Shown here in pieces: positions 59,649 through 64,000 of a stretch of 64,000 nt of DNA. The notes beneath the pieces are model-generated. The model had not been told where the DNA came from. It did no database searches and saw only the letters and a program-made list of their open reading frames with translations. The stretch spans positions 68,738-132,737 of the forward strand of contig CAIMEY010000121.1 of assembly GCA_903840165.1 (NCBI GenBank), in the 5' to 3' direction. The DNA comes from an uncultured Myxococcales bacterium (lineage in GTDB: Bacteria > Myxococcota_A > UBA9042). The first letter of the stretch is position 1. Each line of letters begins with the position of its first letter. The translations under genes were made by a program, and so were the position numbers.

Positions 59649-62297
59649 ATGTCCACACAGGTATTGAAGTTATTTGCAAAAACGCTTGTTTGGGCGGGCG
59701 TCACCGTGGCGATGACGGCTTGCCAAGACGCAACGCCGACCGCGACCAGCCAGTGCGCGCCGGGCAAGATCTGCACCATCGCCGGCACGGGCATCGATGG
59801 CTTCAGCCCGGACGGGGCCCAGGCCCGCAATACGCGCCTGTTTTGGCCGGTGGACATCGCGCAGTGCTCGGGCGTGACCTACCTAATCGACTGGAATAAC
59901 TATAGAATCCGCAAGATCGCCAGCGACGGCACCTTGCAAACCGTCATCGGCACTGACTTTGCCGGCGATGGCGACCCCCAGCAGCTCGATGCCACGGCCA
60001 GCGGCGCACCGGGAACAACGGTATCCCTCAACCACCCGTCGGACTTGACCTGTGCGGCAATTGACTCAGCCGTTGCCGCCAAAGGCACTGTGATTGTCAC
60101 GTCTTGGCACAACCATCGCTTGAGAGTCCTCGACCCCAGCACCGGCACGGTGTTCGCCCATTGCGGGGCCCAACCCGGCTTCTTTGGCGACGGCGACGTG
60201 GTCAGCCCCAAGACCAAGTTCAGCCAACCGTCGAAATCTACGCAGGATTCGCTGGGCAACACCTACATCATCGATTCGCGCAACTGGCGGATTCGCAAGG
60301 TCGCCACAGGCGGCCTAGTCAGCACCATCGCCGGCAATGGCAAGCCGGGCTTTGACCCCGCTTCCGACACGGCGCCCCTCGAAGCGCTCAAGACCCCATT
60401 TTTGTTCTTTGATCCCAATGAGTTCAGCAACCCCAGCAATCCAGGCGGTGGCTTAGCCCTGAGCAAGGATGAGAAGACCCTCTACGTCGCCGACACCATG
60501 AATCACCGCATTCGTGCTGTGGATTTGGTCGGCGGCACCGTCACCACCGTCGCCGGCAGTGGCACGGCCGGCTGCTGGGTGCCCGCGAGTCATGACGCCA
60601 CCCCGTGCGCCCAAGACGGCGTCAACCCCGTTACAACAGGCGATTTTTCCGGCGATGGCGGCGAAGCGGTCAAAGCGCATCTGAACCAACCCCATGATTT
60701 GGCGTGGGGCCCGGACGGGCGCTTGTACTTTGCCGACTCGCTCAACCACCGAATTCGCGCCCTGAATTTGGCGACGGGCACCATCGCCACGGTCGCAGGC
60801 AGCGGCGATCCGGGCACAGCGGCCGAGAACAGCGACACAGTGGACGTCGGCGACGGCGGCGACCCGCTCAAGGCTAAGCTCGACCAACCCTGGGGCATTG
60901 CGTTTGACGCAGAAGGCAGTCTTTTGATTGCGGATACCTGGCACAGCCGCGTCCGCAAGGTCAGCGCTGGCGGGGCATCGTCCACGCCCGACGTCGCGCT
61001 CAAGCGCCCCGCAGTGGTCGAACCGCCGAAATGCAGCGGCAGCGGTTGCATCACCACCGTCATCGGCACCGGCTATGCCGGTCGCGCAGCCGAAGGCGTG
61101 GTGGGCTGGAAGTCGGATCTCTATTGGCCTCAAGGTGTTCGCTATAGTCCCGATGGGACCGTGCACTACATTGACTGGAACAACCACCGCATTCGCACGT
61201 GGAATGCAGCGACGCAGCTGACGCAAACCGTTGTCGGCGCTGGTCAATTGGGCGACGCAGGCACCGGCGAGCCTGGCACCGATGCGCGCCTGAACCACCC
61301 CACCGGCATGGCTTTTGCCCCTTCCGGCAACCTGTGGCTGGCCGCTTGGCACAACTCAAAGCTCAAGGAGTTCAACGTAAGTTCCCAGATTCTCACCGAT
61401 CGTGTCGGCACGGGCGCGCGGGCCTTCGGCGGCGACGGTGTGGCGGGAGGCGCCAACAAGGCCAAGATGGACCTGCCGTCGTCCATGGTCTTTACGTCCC
61501 AGGGTGACATCGTGTTCTCTGACCAGGCCAACCAGCGGATCCGTAAGGTGGATTTGACGACGCTGACCGTCACGACCTTGGTAGGCGACCATTGGCTGAC
61601 CGACGATGATACGCCTAAGGGCAAGCCGCTACAGGATAAAGACGGCAACTACCTAGGTTGTGGTCAGTCGCCAGACGGTGGACGCGTCAACATTCCAGTG
61701 GCCAATTCGGCCAAGTGCACCTACGACGCCACGCGAGATGACCATTGTTTTCGCGATGCTGCGGGCGCGCCTGTACCCTTCACTCCCCTGCCCTTGTACG
61801 ACAACTGCGGTGGCGCGGGGCAAGATGGCCCGGCTGCCAAGGCGTGGCTGCACAACACCCGCGGGCAAAATGGCTTTCCCAATGGCAGGTTAGCGATCGA
61901 CGCCAAGGACGTGATCTACATCACCGACACTTTCAATCAGCAGATTCGCACCTTAGACCTCAAGACCATGACGGTGGGCACCCTCGCTGGCACGGGCAAG
62001 CCGGGCTTTCAGGACGGCGACGCCAAGTCCGCGCAATTCCTCAATCCTGTGGATGTGACCGTCGCCCTCGACGGTGCACTGCTGGTGGCCGATATGGGGA
62101 ATCATTGCATTCGCCGGATCAAAGACGGCCAAGTCAGTACGTTTGCAGGACAATGTGGAAGCAAGGGCTTTGCTGGCGACGGCGGTCCGGCAGGGAAAGC
62201 GAAATTCAATAGTCCTTACGGGGTGTACGCGGCCCCCGATGGCAAGGTGTGGATTGCCGACACCTACAACCACAGAATTCGCGTGGTATTACCGTAG
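59649..62297 (+). CDS. NHL-repeat beta-propeller lipoprotein (~880 aa, multiple propellers)
   Basis: A lipobox is present (VAMTAC). More than 12 NHL-type repeats follow (NHRIRAVDLVGGTVTTVAGSG, NHRIRALNLATGTIATVAGSG, NHCIRRIKDG..). Confidence 0.75.
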   Translation: MSTQVLKLFAKTLVWAGVTVAMTACQDATPTATSQCAPGKICTIAGTGIDGFSPDGAQARNTRLFWPVDIAQCSGVTYLIDWNNYRIRKIASDGTLQTVIGTDFAGDGDPQQLDATASGAPGTTVSLNHPSDLTCAAIDSAVAAKGTVIVTSWHNHRLRVLDPSTGTVFAHCGAQPGFFGDGDVVSPKTKFSQPSKSTQDSLGNTYIIDSRNWRIRKVATGGLVSTIAGNGKPGFDPASDTAPLEALKTPFLFFDPNEFSNPSNPGGGLALSKDEKTLYVADTMNHRIRAVDLVGGTVTTVAGSGTAGCWVPASHDATPCAQDGVNPVTTGDFSGDGGEAVKAHLNQPHDLAWGPDGRLYFADSLNHRIRALNLATGTIATVAGSGDPGTAAENSDTVDVGDGGDPLKAKLDQPWGIAFDAEGSLLIADTWHSRVRKVSAGGASSTPDVALKRPAVVEPPKCSGSGCITTVIGTGYAGRAAEGVVGWKSDLYWPQGVRYSPDGTVHYIDWNNHRIRTWNAATQLTQTVVGAGQLGDAGTGEPGTDARLNHPTGMAFAPSGNLWLAAWHNSKLKEFNVSSQILTDRVGTGARAFGGDGVAGGANKAKMDLPSSMVFTSQGDIVFSDQANQRIRKVDLTTLTVTTLVGDHWLTDDDTPKGKPLQDKDGNYLGCGQSPDGGRVNIPVANSAKCTYDATRDDHCFRDAAGAPVPFTPLPLYDNCGGAGQDGPAAKAWLHNTRGQNGFPNGRLAIDAKDVIYITDTFNQQIRTLDLKTMTVGTLAGTGKPGFQDGDAKSAQFLNPVDVTVALDGALLVADMGNHCIRRIKDGQVSTFAGQCGSKGFAGDGGPAGKAKFNSPYGVYAAPDGKVWIADTYNHRIRVVLP

Positions 62298-62318
62298 CAT
62301 GGCCGACGTCCCTCTCAC

Positions 62319-62342
62319 CCGGCGCTGTTCATTGCGCCGGGC
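62319..62342 (+). terminator. GC-rich hairpin (CCCGGCGC-tgttcatt-GCGCCGGG) between convergent genes; possible intrinsic terminator without U-tract
   Basis: An 8-bp perfect stem was read directly, 22 nt after the stop of the NHL-repeat gene. Confidence 0.3.
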
Positions 62343-62411
62343 GAGTGGGGCCGTTGCCATCCGCAAATCGGCGTCAATGCAGTGAACTTTGTGTGTGTTT
62401 TACCGGCCCGC

Positions 62412-63203
62412 TCAGGCCACGGGCTTCTTGCCGGCATCCGGACCGGGGGCCTTGGCTGAGGCGGCGGCTTTGGCGGGCGCGGCCTTGGCAGTAGCGGCTG
62501 CAGCACCGCCTTGTTGGGCCGCAAAACTACGGATGAAATCCATCTGACACGGCATCTTCATGCCAAAGCTTTGTGCCTCAGCGACGGCAGCCTCGGCAGT
62601 CCAACCCTGCTTGGCGATTCGGTAACAGGCCACCATGGTACCCGTGCGGCCCTGCCCTGCTTCGCAATGCACGTAGACTGGCGCCTTTGACCCGACAAAG
62701 TCCAAGAATTGCTGCACTTGCCCAATCTTTGGTGCGGTATTGTCGATGATAGGAATGTGCAGCGGCTGCAGCCCGCATTGGGTCGCCCGCGCCGTGTCCA
62801 TATCATTCTCTGCGCAAAGATTGACGATTCCCTTGATTCCTTGCTTGGCCAACGCCTGCATGTGGGCATCGTCCTCAACGCGCGCGCCGCGATATAACTG
62901 CCCGGAAACTTGGGCCTCATAGGGCTTGACCGGGTATTTCAGGCCGACCATTTCGGCAAGGCCGATGGCCTCTCCGCCAAGGTTCATCGCTTCATTTTTG
63001 ACACCCTGGGCGACTTTGCCGGCACCAGCTTCCAATTGCCCCAACAATCCCTTAGGTTGCACTGCCGATTTTTGCTGTGCATAGCCCCCTCCCGGTGCGG
63101 CCGCGGCAGCCCCGGCCTTGGGTGCGGCCTTGGCAGCAGCAGGGGCAACTTGCGGGGCTTTGGCCTTTGGAGCGGCCGATTTCGCTTTCGATTCAATCAA
63201 CAT
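62412..63203 (-). CDS. Dual-specificity/tyrosine protein phosphatase (CX5R) with Lys/Ala/Pro-rich N- and C-terminal tails
   Basis: The P-loop VHCEAGQGRTGT is present. GGAGAAGG lies upstream of the ATG at 63203. Confidence 0.7.
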   Translation of the reverse strand: MLIESKAKSAAPKAKAPQVAPAAAKAAPKAGAAAAAPGGGYAQQKSAVQPKGLLGQLEAGAGKVAQGVKNEAMNLGGEAIGLAEMVGLKYPVKPYEAQVSGQLYRGARVEDDAHMQALAKQGIKGIVNLCAENDMDTARATQCGLQPLHIPIIDNTAPKIGQVQQFLDFVGSKAPVYVHCEAGQGRTGTMVACYRIAKQGWTAEAAVAEAQSFGMKMPCQMDFIRSFAAQQGGAAAATAKAAPAKAAASAKAPGPDAGKKPVA

Positions 63204-63593
63204 AGCCTTCTCCAACACCCTGATGGATCGCGATGGCGCCTCAAGGTTTGGCCCGCACGGGGCCGCGTAATGGCGATGAACCCTTGGAACACTGCGCAAT
63301 ACTTGCAAAGTTGCCTTAGGCTGCGCAGGCGACGCTGGCGGGTCGCCCAAAGGTTCATTTCGCTTGGTTTATCCTCCCCTGACCGTTCCCCCTCGCACGG
63401 GCCCAGCCTGCATGGCTCCAGTGTCTGGGTCAAGTCAAATCGCTCGGGGAGCCGCAGCCTGGGGTTGCCATACCCCTGCGACGGCTGGAGAACCTTGGGT
63501 GCGGGCTCAGCGGCATGATGCGAAAGGGTCCCGCAATGCCCCTTGCCCCAGCTTGTTGACGCGATGGCCGAGGGGATTGACCATCGGTCGGGC

Positions 63594-63627
63594 TTGACAT
63601 TATTTGCATGGTTGTGCAATGATGCAA
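63594..63627 (+). promoter_or_regulatory. Candidate promoter (TTGACA -35) overlapping an AT-rich inverted repeat TTGCAT-N12-ATGCAA upstream of the ArsR-family gene
   Basis: TTGACA lies at ~63594-63599. The dyad lies at ~63604-63627 in otherwise GC-rich DNA. Confidence 0.3.
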
Positions 63628-63727
63628 ACGTTGGCCCCGGTGGCCGCCTCGAGTTGCCATGACCCTGTCCGGCTGCCCCCCCTTGATTCTGCCACGCAAC
63701 CTTGCAGAACTTCACGCACTTTCTGAC

Positions 63728-64000
63728 ATGTTCCAAGCCCTGGCCGACCCGCAACGGCTATGGCTGGTCTGCAGCTTGGCTTCGCGGTCACGTGCCGTGA
63801 CGCTGACCGAGGCTTCGAGCTGCTGCGGTGTTCACTTGTCTGGTGTTTCTAGGCACTTGGCTCGCCTTGCTGCCGTGGGGCTGGTGAACTCGCGCAAGCA
63901 AGGTCGGCAGGTGCTTCACCGCCTAGACCGAGATAACCTCGCGCAATTGTTACGCGAAACTGCCGATTGGCTTCAGGCGGGTGCCCCCTGTTGCGCGGCC
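63728..64000 (+). CDS. ArsR/SmtB-family metalloregulator (partial, runs off window end)
   Basis: The N-terminus reads LADPQRLWLVCSL. The helix-turn-helix reads LTEASSCCGVHLSGVSRHLARLAAVGLV, with a CC pair at the alpha3 metal/metalloid-sensing position. An alternative upstream start lies at 63659. Confidence 0.6.
   Translation, partial: MFQALADPQRLWLVCSLASRSRAVTLTEASSCCGVHLSGVSRHLARLAAVGLVNSRKQGRQVLHRLDRDNLAQLLRETADWLQAGAPCCAA

Noticed and set aside
63197-63754. 185-aa minus-strand ORF spanning the phosphatase-ArsR intergenic region
   Set aside because: It overlaps the start of the phosphatase gene and the putative ArsR promoter. It has no RBS or homology. The real phosphatase start at 63203 has a strong GGAGAAGG RBS.

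Overview
This is a GC-rich (~62%), gene-dense bacterial chromosomal window. Myxococcus-type cysteine-rich repeat proteins, OmpA/TSP3 and bactofilin genes suggest Myxococcota or a related deltaproteobacterium, at low confidence. Housekeeping genes recognised by motif are ribBA, yebC, tyrS, argF, relA/spoT, exbB/exbD, serC, pdxH, a fadD-like acyl-CoA ligase, a GMC oxidoreductase and a PhaR-type regulator. Signalling genes are a CheB-CheR-PAS fusion and a PAS-GGDEF-EAL protein. The rest are secreted or lipoprotein genes with little or no recognisable homology. No rRNA, tRNA, CRISPR array or obvious transposase was found.

The strongest candidate for an undescribed system is a minus-strand operon at ~41.9-45.1 kb. 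It encodes a radical SAM/SPASM-type enzyme, a HisH-like glutamine amidotransferase whose catalytic triad is entirely substituted (Cys to Gly, His to Gln, Glu to Tyr), a degenerate HisF-like TIM barrel, and a small basic protein with a good ribosome-binding site.

Other notable items:
- An in-frame TAG splits the CheB-CheR-PAS protein inside a PAS-like fold.
- A 127-bp tandem repeat array (about 3.6 copies, each with a hairpin) sits in a convergent intergenic region.
- A HEXXH-motif (TIGR04267-like) protein lies next to a Cys/Asp/Asn-rich repeat lipoprotein with a formylglycine-generating-enzyme domain and a DUF4157 zincin.
- A PilT paralog carries a degenerate Walker A, Walker B and His box.
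- There are several short tandem repeats, one of them in-frame inside a lipoprotein signal peptide.
- An AT-rich perfect palindrome lies upstream of ribBA, where no FMN riboswitch could be recognised.

All coordinates derived by hand may be off by 1-2 nt. Gene starts marked uncertain are choices among in-frame candidates.
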